Made by a program: the position numbers and the translations under genes
Shown: piece by piece, positions 1 through 13,695 of the stretch
Position numbering within the stretch: the stretch's first letter is position 1
Layout: each line of letters begins with the position of its first letter
NCBI GenBank assembly: GCA_028023455.1
Contig: JAQFVV010000002.1
Coordinates: 28,086,001-28,150,000, forward strand
Length of the DNA: 64,000 bases
Source: Epiperipatus broadwayi
Taxonomy: Eukaryota > Animalia > Onychophora
Direction of reading: 5' to 3'
Notes under the pieces: generated by a model
What the model was told of the DNA's origin: nothing
Databases searched by the model: none
Seen by the model: only the letters and a program-made list of their open reading frames with translations

Positions 1-1208
1 AATTGGATTTTTGAATATGCAAGGTGGTAGGAGACCAGAAAAGTGGCTGGAATTAAACAAAGCAATTGAAAATGAAGAGCTTGAGGTATTAGCAGTAGTG
101 AAAACTATTTTTGAAGATGTGGTATGGCAGGGTATAATAGAAAAAAAAAAGAAAAAAGAAGTGGTGGTATAGGTGTTATATCGAAAAAAGTATTTAAATA
201 TTGTTAAATGTCAAGAGCATTTGTGGTTTGAAATAAGGTTGGGCAGACAAGAATGGATAGTGGCTGTAGTGTATATAGCCACTGGAGATAGTCAAACTGT
301 AATGGAGTGGAACAGTAATATATATGAATACCTGTAATATATATGAATGCCTAGTTAAGGATATAGAGAGTTTTGAAAAAAAGGGGGTAGAGAATAATGG
401 TTATAGGGGATATGAATGGATATATTGAAATTTGAGCATTGGGAATTTATCAAATATTTATGAGGGCCAATACACATGATCTAGGAATAATATATTTCAC
501 ACAATAGATTATGTATTGGTAGAGAAAAAGGGATTGAATAAAATATAGAAAATTAAGGTGTTTGATAATGAAGAGAGAGTATGTAATAGTGATCATAATT
601 TTATTGTAATAGAAATGGTTAGTAATGTGATGGAGGATAGAAATAAAGGTAGAAACAATAGTGAAAGATGTGGATGGAGAATGAATGATAAGAATAAGTT
701 GGAAGAGTATAAAATACAAGTTGAAGAAGCCATGGAAAGGTTGGTTGGGGATGAGTATAAGGACTGGTGTGATGAAATAAAAAAAGTGGCAAATAGGGTT
801 TTAGTTGAGAATATGCAGAAAAATAAAAAAAATAAAAAAATGAGAGTTAATAAAAGTGTAAAAGAGAGGAAAAAATCATGCAGAGAATATAAGTGTGCTA
901 TTAAGAACAAAGAAAGTGAAAACATTATTAATGCTAAATAGGGAAAGTACTTAGAAAAGAAAAAGTTGGCTAAAATGGATAATTATAGAGAGAGGATGAA
1001 GTTAAATAGTAAATTGTTGGAGGATATTAATAAAAGTGGAAGAGATGGGAGTAAAAAATTTTGGAATTACACTAAAAAGAAAAATGTAGGGGAGAGAGAT
1101 AGTATTAATAGATAATGAGGGAATTGAGTGTAGCTCTAAAGAAGAGTTAGAGAGAATATTAAATAGATATGTAATGGATATAGAAAAGATGTTAGATGTG
1201 AAGGACTT

Positions 1209-1356
1209 AGTGATAGAAAACATGAAAGCATTTAGTAATGGGAATAGTGATAGAAAACATGAAAGCATTTAGTAATGGGAATAGTGATAGAAAACATGAA
1301 AGCATTTAGTAATGGGAATAGTGATAGAAAACATGAAAGCATTTAGTAGTGGGAAT
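1209..1356 (+). repeat. 4 tandem copies of a 37-bp unit inside the LINE
   Basis: agtgatagaaaacatgaaagcatttagtaatgggaat starts at 1209, 1246, 1283 and 1320, with no spacers. Confidence 0.95.
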
Positions 1357-2554
1357 ATTAGGTTCACAAAAAATGAACTGAATGAAGCAGGGAAGAGATT
1401 GAAAAGTGGAAAGGCAAGAGGTTTAGATGGATGCACAGCAGAGATAGTAATAAATTTAGGGCATAGAGCAAAAGCAAAGTTATTATCATCTTTTAATAAG
1501 ATGGCACAGAATAAAGTTTTTCTGAGTAGTTGGAGTAATACAAGAGTAAGATTATTATTTAAAGGAAAGGCTAAGGATCATAAAAAGTTAAATAATTATA
1601 GTCCAATAGTGGTAACATCAGTTTTATATAAAGTTTTCTTATATATGGTGGCTGAAAGAGTTGGTAAAATGGATAGAAGAGAATAAGTAGTGGAGGAAAT
1701 GCAAGGAGGTTTTAGGTCAGATATACATATAGAAGATGGTTATTTGTAGTTACACTACTTATGGATACTAGGAATTCAGGTAGATCATTATATATGAGTT
1801 TTATACATATAGAGAAGGCATACGATAAAGGAAATAGAAATATATTATGGGTAAGTTTAGCAAATTTGGTAATGGATGAAGCTTTAGTAAATATTATTTA
1901 AGAAATTATATGAAAATAATTACTATACATACCAATTAGGGGATCATAGAATGAGTTAAGTTAAAAATGAAGTGGGATTAAGGCAAGGATGCCCTATGTT
2001 ACCTATTTTGTTTTGTTATAGTTGAGTGAAATGGAGAAAGCAATAGAAAGACTAAGAAGAGGGAGATACCATTAATGGGTAGCAAGGGAGTATACATTTT
2101 GTCGGGTCTTTTTTTGTGTATGATATTTTTTTGTGTGCATAAAGAAGAGAAGATATGAAAGTTATGCTTAGGATATGTGAAGGGTGGGTAAAGAGATGGG
2201 GATTAAATTTAGTGAAGAAAAATCAAATATAATGATGATTAATAATGGGGAAAGATATGTAGAATTTTTATTGGGGGATATAAAGTGTGGTGGATAGATA
2301 TAGTTATTTGGGAATCATCTTAAGTAATCAGAAAAATTGCTTGGCTGAATGGGAGAAAATTTGGTACATAAATCAAAGAAAAGAAAGGGTTTAGTAAAGA
2401 AATTAACAGTGTTTTCATATAATAAATATGATGTAGCTAGAATTATATGGAAGGAAATCGTAGTAGCACGGTTAAGATATGGTAATGATGCATTATGTGT
2501 TAGTAAAAAAGTATTAGATTACTTAGACAAAGTACAAAGAGAAGTAGGAAGACA

Positions 2555-2968
2555 ATAAACATCACATGACCACCACCTCTTATGCTTGTGTATAACTGTT
2601 GTTAAACAGGCAAAACTCACTATACATATTGCCATAAATAGCAAGCTAGAGTAATCAGTGAATGCCAGAAGGCTTGTGCATAAAATCCCCATCTAGTGCC
2701 TACTCATCCAATATCCCCAGACTAGTTTCTGGCCTGTGGCCTTCGTCGGTGAGGAGCCTTGGATCTGAGAGCACTGCACTAAGATCTAGGTGAATTGCTC
2801 TAAGATCCAAGGCTCCTCACTGATGAAGACCACAGGCCAGAAACTAGTCTGGAGATATTGAATGAGTAGGCACTAGATGGGGATTTTATGCACAAGCCTT
2901 TTGGCATCCACTGATTACTCTAGCTTGCTGGGTGTGGCAATACATATAGTGAGTTTTGCCTGTTTAAC
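2555..2968. mobile_element. Family A hammerhead-containing foldback insertion, copy 1
   Basis: Minus arm ~2555-2785 and plus arm ~2786-2968. Near-perfect 15-bp TSD agaagtaggaagaca (2540-2554) / agaagtagaaagaca (2969-2983). It interrupts the LINE frame EVGR...HALDAEVW. Confidence 0.9.
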
Positions 2969-4249
2969 AGAAGTAGAAAGACATGCATTAGATGCAGAGG
3001 TATGGACAGCAAAGGAGGCAATTCAAGGAGAAGTGGGATGGTCAAGTTTTTATATGAGAGATGCAAAAAAATAAAATGAAAATGTTTAGTAGATTGCATT
3101 TTATCAATAATAAAAGAATAGCCAAAATAGTATTTAATTGGGTTATGAGTAAAGGGCAGGCAACAAGATAGCTGAGAAAGATAATATGGTATGCAAAGTA
3201 TTTGGATAAAGAATTTATATCAGAATACTTGTATAAAAGGTGCGATGATTGTGTTAGGAGGATTGTTGAGGGTTATAGTGGTAAGAAATGGGATAAAAGA
3301 ATAGATGCATTAATAAAGAATAGGGAGTTGGAGAGATGGAGAACTAGTATGGAGAACTAGTATGGAGAGTAAAAGGAGTTTAAATATATATAGAAGTAAA
3401 CAGAATATTGGGTGCGAGTTAATTTATGATAATAGTAAGGAAAGTAGCTTATTGTTTAAGGCTCTAATGGGATTTTTAGCAACAAAAGAATGTACATGTA
3501 AATGGAAAAATATGGATGATTTAATCTGAAAATTGTGTAAGGAAGATATAGAATATATTAGGCATCTGTTGATGGAATGTAAATGTTTGAAAGCAGAAAG
3601 GATATAAATAATGAAGTTATGGGAGAATAAATATAAACAAAGTGATTATACAGAAAGTGGGTTATCGGTTTCTATGCTGGATTTTGGAAAAGATAAGGGA
3701 GAATTTAGATATAAAGGCCATAGAGTTGACAAAGATTATGTTGTGAAAATAGGATGGAGCAGATTATGGGAAAGCTTAGGATTGGGAATGGAAGGGGAAG
3801 GTAAAGTGGCTAACAGGTTTCTTTGGGCATAGTTGCTGAGAGATTCCTGATTCTGTTTAAGAAGAAGTCATGGTACATCACATCACATAGACAAGAATAA
3901 GCTAGTTCAGTGGTGGCAAACCATTTTATATACGTGCGCTTAATATTACAATTATTTTTTTTGTCCAACTTCTGACGTGCTGGGAAATTCTTAGTAGGAA
4001 ATAAACAGTAAAAATTTAATTAAGGAGTTGACTTAAAAATTCACAAAATTATTGTATACAATACATTTTGCCATATAAAAATCAATACTAATTATAACTT
4101 TTATTAATGAGATTTTTGTGTTGTACTTTGGATGCCACGTAATTGTATATCGGGTTCATAAGTTATGAGAATATCAAGTTATTTTGAAAGTTTTGCTCTG
4201 ATATTGATATGATTATGGGAGCATATATATATATATATTAAGTGTGATA

Positions 4250-4384
4250 ATGCTCAAGACTAAATGGACTTAAAAGTAACCATTAGAAACCAATCATCTC
4301 TTATTTATTTCCTTTTTTTTAAAAAAAAATAGCATGAACACATAAGCAATTGAATAGAATAATGTATAATAGCACAGAGTCACA

Positions 4385-4436
<52 letters not shown>

Positions 4437-4960
4437 CCATTAGAAAACAGTCAACATTTAGACAATCCCAATATAAATCACATTCAAGAATTTTAAACTG
4501 TTGTCAAGGCAACCTTTTTAAACAGGTAAATATAACCTGTTCTGAATGGAGACTAATAAATAGTCAATTATAACATTACAAATTGCAATTATAATTTTCA
4601 AATTGCACCCAAAGTATTATGTAAATAATAAGTGTAATAATGTTCAAAGCTAAACGAGTTTATAAGTAACCATTAGAAACCATTCAACACTTAGACAATC
4701 CTAATAGAAGTAACAATCAAGAATTTACCTGTTTAAAGAGGTTTATTTAAGCTTTTCCAATCAATAATTTCAATATCTGTAGTCAAGTTGCAATCTTTAG
4801 TTTCTTTATAAATATAGGAGACCATTAATGGAGGTGGGTTCCACCTCTATTACTAAAAGGAGCTTGCCTTGACAACAGTTTGAAATTCTTGATTGTTATC
4901 TATATTGGAATTGTCCAAGTGTTGACTAGTTTTAATGGTTACTTATATATTAGTAAAACC
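4250..4960. repeat. Family E/F degenerate tandem-plus-inverted repeat, containing a (TA)n tract at 4386-4435
   Basis: gtaaccattagaaac blocks recur at ~4277, ~4435 and ~4667, with an inverted copy at ~4865-4945. The ccttgacaacag block and gaggtttatttaa are shared with 29035-29540; the ggtttatttaa block also occurs in 24305-24600. Confidence 0.6.
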
Positions 4961-5685
4961 ATGTTGTGTAGTTTTATATAGTTTACATACATGAGTATTT
5001 GTAAATATTTTTTGTTTTGCAAAAAGAACAAAATGCAAAAGAATACTTATATATGCATATTGATATAAACCAGAAGTTTTAAAATGACTGAAATTTCAAC
5101 TCATAATTTTGATTACCGACACAAAAGATGTACCCGATATTTTAGGTGTAAAGTGTTTTTTATATACTGGAAATATGGTAATTTGATCAAAGCAGAAAAC
5201 ATTAGAGATCTCACCATACTAATATTTAGTTTAAACATAATATCCACAGCAATGTCACAAACAATATTCTTACATTGTTATAGATAAATCATAACTCAAT
5301 CAATACATGAATATGACTGATCATCGATTCCACATTTTATATCATGAAAATAAAGTAGTAATTAAACATTTCAATCTAACCAATCTACAAGTGACTCAAG
5401 GGGTGACCTAGAAATCAATTTATTTTGCAAAAAAAGCCACAGAGCTTTTTAATTTTCAAATTTAAGACATTTTTGCATTATCCATTAAAACAAAATTACA
5501 TTTTCATGCATGCACATTACATGCATATTTAGTCATATATACATATGGATATCATGAATGTGTACGATGCATTCATAATAAATCAAAACTGACTTTTTCT
5601 CTCACAAATATACTTAAAAATAAACAAAAACATTTACTGTAATAAATAAGCTATTTATATCCATTTGTCTATGTATGTAATATAA

Positions 5686-5840
5686 GTATATAACTGTTAT
5701 CTACTTCTTTTTTCCTCTATATTTTGCTTCTTTTTATATTTCAATATAAACTTCATTAACACTCTGTTAACACTTTAAGTAAACAATCTTTATTTATTTA
5801 TAACAGTTTCAACTGACCTAGCAGTCTTCTTCAGATCTAC
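5686..5840 (-). ncRNA. Minimal type I hammerhead of PLE lineage B (core 5798-5840) plus a downstream complementary motif (5686-5703)
   Basis: Minus strand reads gtagat-CTGAAGA-a-gactgctaggtcagtt-GAAactgttat, then gtagat-aacagtt-atata about 100 nt further on. Confidence 0.65.
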
Positions 5841-6840
5841 AACAAAAATTATACAAATATTACATCAATCCAAACAAAATTCTTATTCTTTATATTTTTA
5901 TATAGTCATCATAAAATTACAATAATGCAAAGGAAAACAACTCAATCCAAAACTTTTAAACAAAAACAATTTTTTTTGATGTTTTAAAAATCCAAAACAT
6001 AAAAAAGTAAAAATATTAAAAATTAAACCTTCTTTAAAATTATTTTTAAAAATATAACCAAAAATAAATATATAAAAATAATTCAAATTTTAACATCAAA
6101 CTATGAAAATCAAAACCCTTAAAAACCCATTAAACCATTAATCTAAAATTAATACCAAAAAATATCATTTTCTACATAATTAAAATTACATAAATAAAAA
6201 ATTATATAATGAAAACCAAAAAACCCAAAATCAATAATCAAAATTTAAAAATTAAACTTAAAATTAAAAATTAGAATTAAAAATCAAAAAACATAAATCA
6301 ATAAACCAAAAAACCAACTTACCAAAAAAACTAAAACTAAAAAATCTTTTCCCCCTTTTTTTACACATCCATTTATACTCTACATAGCTCATTTTATATT
6401 TCCATACCATCTCTTCAATTCCCTTATTCATTTATATTTTAACACTCTCTGTCATCTTTACTTATTTAACTACCATTTTATAACATTTAATATCCATACA
6501 AACTTAACTCTCCTTACCTTAAACTTTTTCTATTACATCCAACTTTCCTCCATTTTTCTTTTTCAGTAACCAGCCCCCAACTTCCTTTTACCTATTAATT
6601 TTTACACTTTCTTTCACTTTAATCATCCTAAGCCTTGTTACTTTTTATTTTTAAACTACCAAAGTCCTTATCCCTCCTTCTCTATTAATGTTAGGCTTTA
6701 TGTTCTTAATCAACAATGCTTCTCTTATCTTCCTATCCCTTTTACTATTTGTATAACTAATCATTTTTCTATTTCCTTCTCCAAATCATGCCCTGTCTTC
6801 ATCATATGCACAAATACTGGCAAACTTTTATAATATCTAT
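5686..6840 (-). mobile_element. 5'-truncated Penelope-like element (lineage B): end of GIY-YIG ORF, pLTR and hammerhead
   Basis: The minus strand encodes a VHMMKTGHDL...REALLIKNIKPNINRE-like GIY-YIG C-terminus. It is homologous to 19545-20040 and 21810-22890. Confidence 0.85.
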
Positions 6841-7957
6841 GTTGCCTGTCTTATATATATATATATATTGTAACCGGATCACTATACAACCCTATTATTA
6901 CTTCAGTTGTAACAATTTCCTGATGAGCATGTTGCAGGAAGGAACTATCAATTGGCATTACCAAATGCAGATGTTAACCCCCCCCCCTACAACAATATTT
7001 TCTGCTCATCAGAGGATGTAGTACCATAGAGGCTGGAAGCATCTAGACATTTATATGTTTGGTTTTCCAAACGGCACCACTAGAGTTCCATCTCACTATA
7101 ACCTGACTTACCTAGGTCTAGTTATGCCAGACGTAGCTCAGGAGGCATGAGATTCTCATGAACAAATGCATGACTGATGAGTGATGCAATAAAAACAAAA
7201 TAGAATTGAACAACCGGATAACTAAGATTAATTGTAAGTAACAATAAATTTATTTAACAAATTAATTTGCAAGTTCTTCTAATAAAGTTCCTTCATATTC
7301 ATGTGAAGATTCATTGTTTTATTCATTTCTGGTCCATTGGGTTTCTTTGGTATACTTCAGTATGACTTAAAAAATGTAACTTGTTGAGAATATAATAAAG
7401 TCCTTTCATAGTTCTTTTAACAACTTACATCTTTAGTTGCATAATTAATTCACAGAGAGGAATGTGTCAAATTGAGATAACAGAGAGAGTAATGAAGACA
7501 ACTGATAGCATCTGATGCAGAGTTCCACTTAATTTAACAAATATTTTATTTGCAGTCCACTGTGTATCTTAGTATACAGTCAACAATAGTACAATAGGAA
7601 TTAGAGAATGCAAGTTCTTTAACAATTTACATTTTGTGTCTAATTCAGGGTTCCAGTTAACCTTAAGTTATTTTATTTGCAGTCCATTAGTATTTCATTA
7701 AATTTATTAAATCCAGATAGAAGTAATATGCAGTTACTGTCACTAGGTGGCGCATACTAGCAAATAAAGGGACACATCAAGTAATTTTATTTGTACTGGA
7801 TTTACTGTGAATTTGTTGAAAAATTGATCTCTTATTAAAATTACAGCAAAGGTAAGAACCTTTCTTAAATATTCAGAAGATTAAAGGCTTTAAAAAAGGG
7901 AAATTAGATTATTAGAACTTCATTTCCATTGTGAAACGTTTTGATAAACAGTTCAAA

Positions 7958-10131
7958 ATGGATTCTGGGGAGAAGCCTCAGTCTAAACAGAGCAGAAAGA
8001 AAATGAGCTGTAACACTCAGAATTCAAACAGTAAAATTAAAGAAAACCTTAAAAAACCTGTCAAAGTAACCCAAAATGGTATCAACAATGATTATATACC
8101 CCAGAAATCTATGCTAAATACAATGACAAAAAATTCTGATAAAAAGAGTAAAATTGAGAATGAAACCAAAAATAATGTTATAACAAAAACACCAGATTCT
8201 TATAAAAATATCACAGAAAAATCAATAGAAACTCAAAACAAAGTTAGGATACCAATTATTGATCAACATTTGCTCAATACTCAAAATTCTCAGAAGTCAA
8301 AAATAAGCCCACAGTAATAAATGCAAAATTGGAACTGGTTGGAACTAAAAATTTCACAAAAATAGACACCACAGATGGTGCTGTACTGGAAGTGTCTGGA
8401 TCTCACAATAAAGAAGGCCAATTTCAGGAGAAAAACACTGAAACCATAATCCCAAGTGCCAAACATGATACAACAGTGGAAAATATTGATCCTCAAGAGG
8501 TTTTGATGCCTAAAAAAATATTACAAAGGGGAAGGAATCTACTTAAAAATAATATGAATGATTGGGAAATTTGGCAGAACTGTAGAAATACTCCACATTC
8601 TCAGTCTTCTACCATACCTCAAAAGCAGGAAATGCAAAAAAGAACACAATTTTCTTGGCTTAATAGTAATGCAAATATTCAAAATATCTATAAATCTAAT
8701 ACTTCTATGACTACTAAAATCATGTCATATGCGGATAAGTTAAAATCTAGTGCAAGTGCTCTCAACTCAAATAATACCATAACCCACGCTATGACAGCTG
8801 GAAAGGGAGAGAGCACTATGAAAAACCAAACTCCAAAAGATCAAAGGTCAGGAAGATTTCTTATTGATTTTGATGAGGAGGAAAATATTATGATGACCAG
8901 TGAGTTCAATGTGCACAACACTGAATTAAAAGATGCCCCAATAGACATTGATAGTTATGAAGCAGTGAGCACTGAATTCAATGACAGGCTGCCTCTGACT
9001 CTGTATAATTCATTTCAAAACTATAATAATGATCATACTCTGATTTTGACTACTACAAATAATAAATGCAATCTCTTCCAATTTCCAAGTGATCAATTAT
9101 TCTCATTAATAAAAGAAAACCAGCTAGCTGATGCAATTAAAAGGGAGTATCACCACCCTAACAGAAGATACTTTGTGGTGGAATTCCAGAATATAATTCA
9201 GAAAGAGATTTTCAAACGAGAGCACAATTTTCTCAATGCAAGGTATCTTGTCAAAATAGATATGGCTAGGCCAAGAGTAGCACATAGGATAGTAAGGAAT
9301 TGTTATATGAACTTCACCAGTGGAAACCTGCAGAAACCCATGGCCAAATTTGGAAACATCACTGCCTTCAAATACTTGGGCGAAAGAAGAGTAGGACTAG
9401 AGCTGCCATCAAACACTGCGGCTTTTACTATCAAACTTGTGAATGGAGTGTCTTTATTTGATTTACCCTCAGTTCTGGAGGAGCCCAACTGCACCTTATA
9501 TCTATCCTTTTGCAGGGTGAAATCACAGTGTTTTATATGTCAGGAGATATCGCATCTAGTAAAAGCCTGCCCAAGAAAATATGTCAAAGGTGTCAGGGCA
9601 GGAGTAGTAGAGCCCACCGGTGTGTGGATTCCTCCTATAGCTTGAAGCACACAGCCTCTTCCTATGGTGATGAAGCTGTGCAGACATTATAATTGGTCTA
9701 ATGATCTAGCTGAAAAACAAAAGCCACAAACAGAACCCAGTGGTACCATAATTGATGCAATTGAAAAGAAGCTGACACCAGAAAATCTCATGTTGGTTGA
9801 TTACAGCCCTAGCAAAACAATGCTCAAGCTAGGGGCAGACACTTTACCCCAAGAGAACAATTGTCTCATAAATGAAATATCAGATATAACCACTGTCAGT
9901 AGTCAAAGTAAAGCTACAGCACCTAGTCCTGTAGACCACCCTATGAATCACACAGGCAAGAGGAAAACACAGGACTCCTCTGGCTCTCAAGGTGAAGAGT
10001 CTGTAAATTTGTGGTCTGATTCTGACATTGAGGAAGCAATAGCTTGGCCAGTGAGTGTTAGATCCAGGAGTCCAATGAAAAAGTATGATAAAAAGAGATC
10101 TAGAATGGCAGACACAGACAAAGAATTATGA
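7958..10131 (+). pseudogene. Tx1/L1 ORF1 (gag-like, CCHC zinc knuckle), frameshifted
   Basis: ORF pieces 7931-8317, 8329-9645 and 9664-10131 join through frameshifts (e.g. ~8300). Knuckle CFICQEISHLVKAC at ~9530-9570. Confidence 0.8.
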
Positions 10132-10350
10132 CAGGAAGAGCTGCAGCAGACACACCCTTGTAATATCCAGATTGGAAGACCAGTCTAGGACCAGCAAAAC
10201 TCACAAGTTACCTCAGAGGACTTGAGACAAGTGATGTCCTGCAATTTGATGGACCCACCTCACTGCAGAAGCTCACTAGAACCTCAGGTACAAATTAAAT
10301 CGCAAAAAGATTGATGCGTGGATTAGGAGACTAGCCAAAACATCATCATC

Positions 10351-13300
10351 ATGCAACTGAACATCGGTGGTGTGAATGTCAGAGGATTAAACTCCTTGGA
10401 TAGAGCATATGCTCTGCAAAGATGGTTCAAGAATAGTCAGATGCATATAGTATGCCTTAGTGAAACAAAGCTTCATTTGAATACCAACAGTAAAATAATA
10501 CAAATCCTCAATCAGTTTGGGGTCTTTCAGTTCTACCAATCAAACACATCCACCTCAGGTGTTGCCATTCTCATTAATAAACAACTGAACATAGAAAGAA
10601 GCAGAACTCTATACCTCAACAATGATTTAATTATAATAGAAATCACAATCTCTGGAATGTCATTAATTCTAATTTATGTCTACATGCAGAAAGACACCAG
10701 GCAGATCGACTTCACAATAGGCAGGATCAACTCTATTCTTGCATCAGCAGTGCCACCTGTCATTTTGTTTGGGGACTTCAACATGGCCTATCAACAGTTT
10801 AATCAAAAATATTTGCATAAACTCAACAGAGTGCTGTTGTGTGGGGAGGGGTGTTTTCCCACCAATGACATGGCAGCACAAAACCCTAATTGATTTACTT
10901 TATTATAGTCCAGAATCTTACCATGAGCTACATGCCTCATTGCAAATTGTTCCATTCTCTGATCATCTGGCCATGTTGATTTCCCTTCAACTGGATCCCA
11001 TATCACTAACCCCCTCATGCCAAATTAATATACTTAACAAGGCCAGCACACCTGAATGGATCTTCTCAGAAGCTTATATCCTCTTCCACAAGATCCAGCT
11101 TCTCTCATTGTCACCTCTAGAGGCTTTTTCAGCCTTTGTAGGGGTACTTGGTTCCCTGATAAACAATTTCACCCGAAAAACCAAAGGTCCAAACAGGCTG
11201 CTTGGGGAGCTGGATTTCATTTGCAAGAGAGTCAGTGAATTATCATCAATTGATGCTGGAATTGGGGAGATCATGTTATTAAAGAAACAGTATAGGTAGA
11301 AACAGAGATTGCTTGCACAATATGTTGCGACAAAAAGGGAAAAGATCTATTTGGCAACACAACAAAATTGGACGCGGAGCTACCTGAGATGGGCCATTGG
11401 TGCTACAAAAAGGCCTACCCCATCATTAATCAACATAGACAACCATAACTACTTTGGGGCTGCAATGCTAGATAAGATCCATGAGCACTTCAAGAGAAAA
11501 CTCCAAAGTCAAAAGTTTGACATCAGTAACATCTGGGATGATAAACAAGAAGTTGGTGAACACAATATAACAGAGGAACAAATAATCCAGAAGCTTCAAT
11601 CCTATCCTGAACATGTCCATCCTGGTTTACATGGCATTCCCCGATTTGTATTGTTGCACCTTAGCCATTTCACAGCTCCGATAGTACAGAGAGTGGTTGA
11701 TATGCTGGCCGGGGACTTTCAAAGTGTTCCTGACCTGTATCCAATTGCTCTTGTACCATACATGAAAAAATTCACCAATCCATCCAGTTTATCTAACATT
11801 AGACCTATCTCAATGTCCCCACTAATCATCAAGTCAATTGAATCATTGGTTAAGGATAGGATCCAGCAGCAATTACTTACCAGGATCTCTGTACACCAGT
11901 TTGCACGCAAAGGCTCATCCACCATTGAGGCGGTGCAGCGCTTTGTGCTGCTGGTGGAGCATGTAAGATCACATCGAAAATCAGGGCCCATTGCTGTTCA
12001 GATAGACTTTGCAGCTGCCTTTGACTCCGTGATGCCAGCAAAACTACTATCCATATTAAGGCACTATGGAGTACCTATTGTCTATGTTAAAATCATTGCT
12101 AACTTGTTGCTAAACAGGTCAATTCACACATCACTTGATGGCTCCCTGGCACCTGGTTTCAGACCACATCTATCAATCCCCCAGGGGTCCCCACTAAGCA
12201 TCCTTTGTTTCATTACCTACCTGAATCCCCTACTAGAAGATGTGGAAAAATAACTACCAGGAGTCTTTGTGCCAGCACTAAAGGAGGAACTCCACCACAT
12301 TTCATATGTGGATGATGTTACCATTTTCCTCCCTTCTGAGAAATACCTGCCAAGTCTATACCAACTGCTGGACAGATTTGGTGACAGATTCAATTTGGCC
12401 ATCAACCCAGACAAATCTGTTGTCTGGAAAATCAGTAGGGGTGTTACAGTACCATCAAGATATACAGGAAATCCACAGAAATTCCTTGGGTTCCCAATTG
12501 CCCTCTCCAAAACAGCGATGAGGAGGGCCATCCAGCAGGATCTTTTGGACAAAACCAAGAAGGTAACAAACTCTCTCTCAATGATCTCCCTCTCACTCCC
12601 AGGCAAGGTGGCATTGTTAAATATGATGGTGTTTCCATGTATAAACTACTACCTGCCCATCTTCAAACCGACCAAGGGTTTTCAGGATGCTATAAATTCA
12701 GCCTGCACCAAGATGATGTGGAAGAGAAAAACTGTATGCATCAGTCTGGCCAAGGTGCAGAGACCACATGACCTGAATGGACTTGGTCTCCATGCTGTCA
12801 AGGTGTTTTTTGTTTAAAGAGCTCTTTCAGTGCTCAGAAAAATCCACAATAAAAAAGAAAAGGATCAGAGTGAAGACACTGTGGAGCCCACAGATACACC
12901 ACCACCCATACACAGTAAATGGGTCAAAGAACTGCAAGAACAACTGGGGACTCTATTTTCAGTTTCCCAGCAATTAGAGAAAGCTAAGCAAACATATTGA
13001 GAAGTATACAAAATCCTTTTCCAAAATCAAAACCCATTATCTACCCGATTAAGACTGTCTGTAAAACAAATGCTCAAGAAGTCAAGATACTGGTGCATAG
13101 GACCAAAGCTGGTCGATTTTATAATCAAGTTTAACTTGTCCTCCTTGCCCACCAGTCACTTTTTGGTGATGCAAAGAGGATTTCGTCAATTAAGCCCCAT
13201 GTGTAAACTCTGTAATATGCATGAAGAAACACTGGAGCACATCTTCTATGTCTGCTCATACCTGAGTTGCACTAGAAATAAAATTATCGCAAATATTTCC

Positions 13301-13618
13301 TCTGGCTGTGGCAATGTTCTGTCAATTGATCGGGCAATTAAAGAAGGAAACTATGCAACTATCAGGCTAGCGGCATGCCTACTACATGCTTTATGGATCA
13401 CCAGGTGCCAGCATATCTTCAGACAAGGACATAGTGATCCTTGGATAACTTTTAAAACAATAATAATAAGCATGAAGAACAGAGATCGACTCCTTGTGCC
13501 AGAGCGTCTCTTTGTAGACACATGGGCACAGATTATCATTTGTGACGATGAGACGACATCTCAGACTACTGCAGTAAATGTTATGACAATACCACACAAA
13601 TTGGTTTCAAAACTTTGA
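10351..13618 (+). pseudogene. Tx1/L1 ORF2 (APE endonuclease, RT, C-terminal zinc-binding domain), broken into ~5 pieces
   Basis: NIGGVNVRGLN, CLSETK, ILFGDFN, SDH (endonuclease); RPIS, IDFAAAFDSV, IPQGSPLS, SYVDDV (RT); CKLCNMHEETLEHIFYVC. Confidence 0.92.
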
Positions 13619-13695
13619 ACTTCTATATGAAACTATTATAATTATCAAATGTAGCTACCTGACACTGTAAATTTTTTCTTAATAAAAAAAAAAAA

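Larger units (their letters stand above)
1..3888 (+). mobile_element. Degraded non-LTR retrotransposon (APE endonuclease + RT + C-terminal Cys/His motif), clade uncertain (RTE-X/L2-like), truncated by the window start
   Basis: Interrupted reading frames give an endonuclease-like IGDMNG region (~405-425), LKSGKARGLDG (1400-1435), GLRQGCPMLPILF (~1975-2015), EAIQGEVGWSSF (~3015-3050) and a C-terminal zinc-binding remnant (LCKEDIEYIRHLLMEC, ~3532-3580). The element ends in an acatcacatcacat tail at 3875-3888. Many stops and frameshifts. Confidence 0.85.
7736..13695 (+). mobile_element. Full-length Tx1/L1-clade non-LTR retrotransposon, inactivated by frameshifts
   Basis: 15-bp TSD aagtaatatgcagtt (7721-7735 and 13696-13710), poly(A) tail at ~13684-13695, and two ORFs carrying the expected domains. 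Confidence 0.93.

Noticed and set aside
1209-1356. 37-bp repeats as a CRISPR array
   Set aside because: The units are contiguous with no spacers, lie inside a LINE, and there are no cas genes in this eukaryotic context.
3908-3922. cagtggtggcaaacc as the start of a Buster MITE
   Set aside because: No partner TIR or TSD was found.
6922-7012. ctgatgagca...tgctcatcag as a C/D snoRNA or hammerhead
   Set aside because: There is no properly placed D box with a terminal stem, and no GAAA or helix III in register. It is only a 10-bp inverted repeat.
7105-7115. acttacct as a U1 snRNA 5' end (also atacttacct at 57639)
   Set aside because: No U1 body follows. These are minus-strand splice-donor-like sequences.
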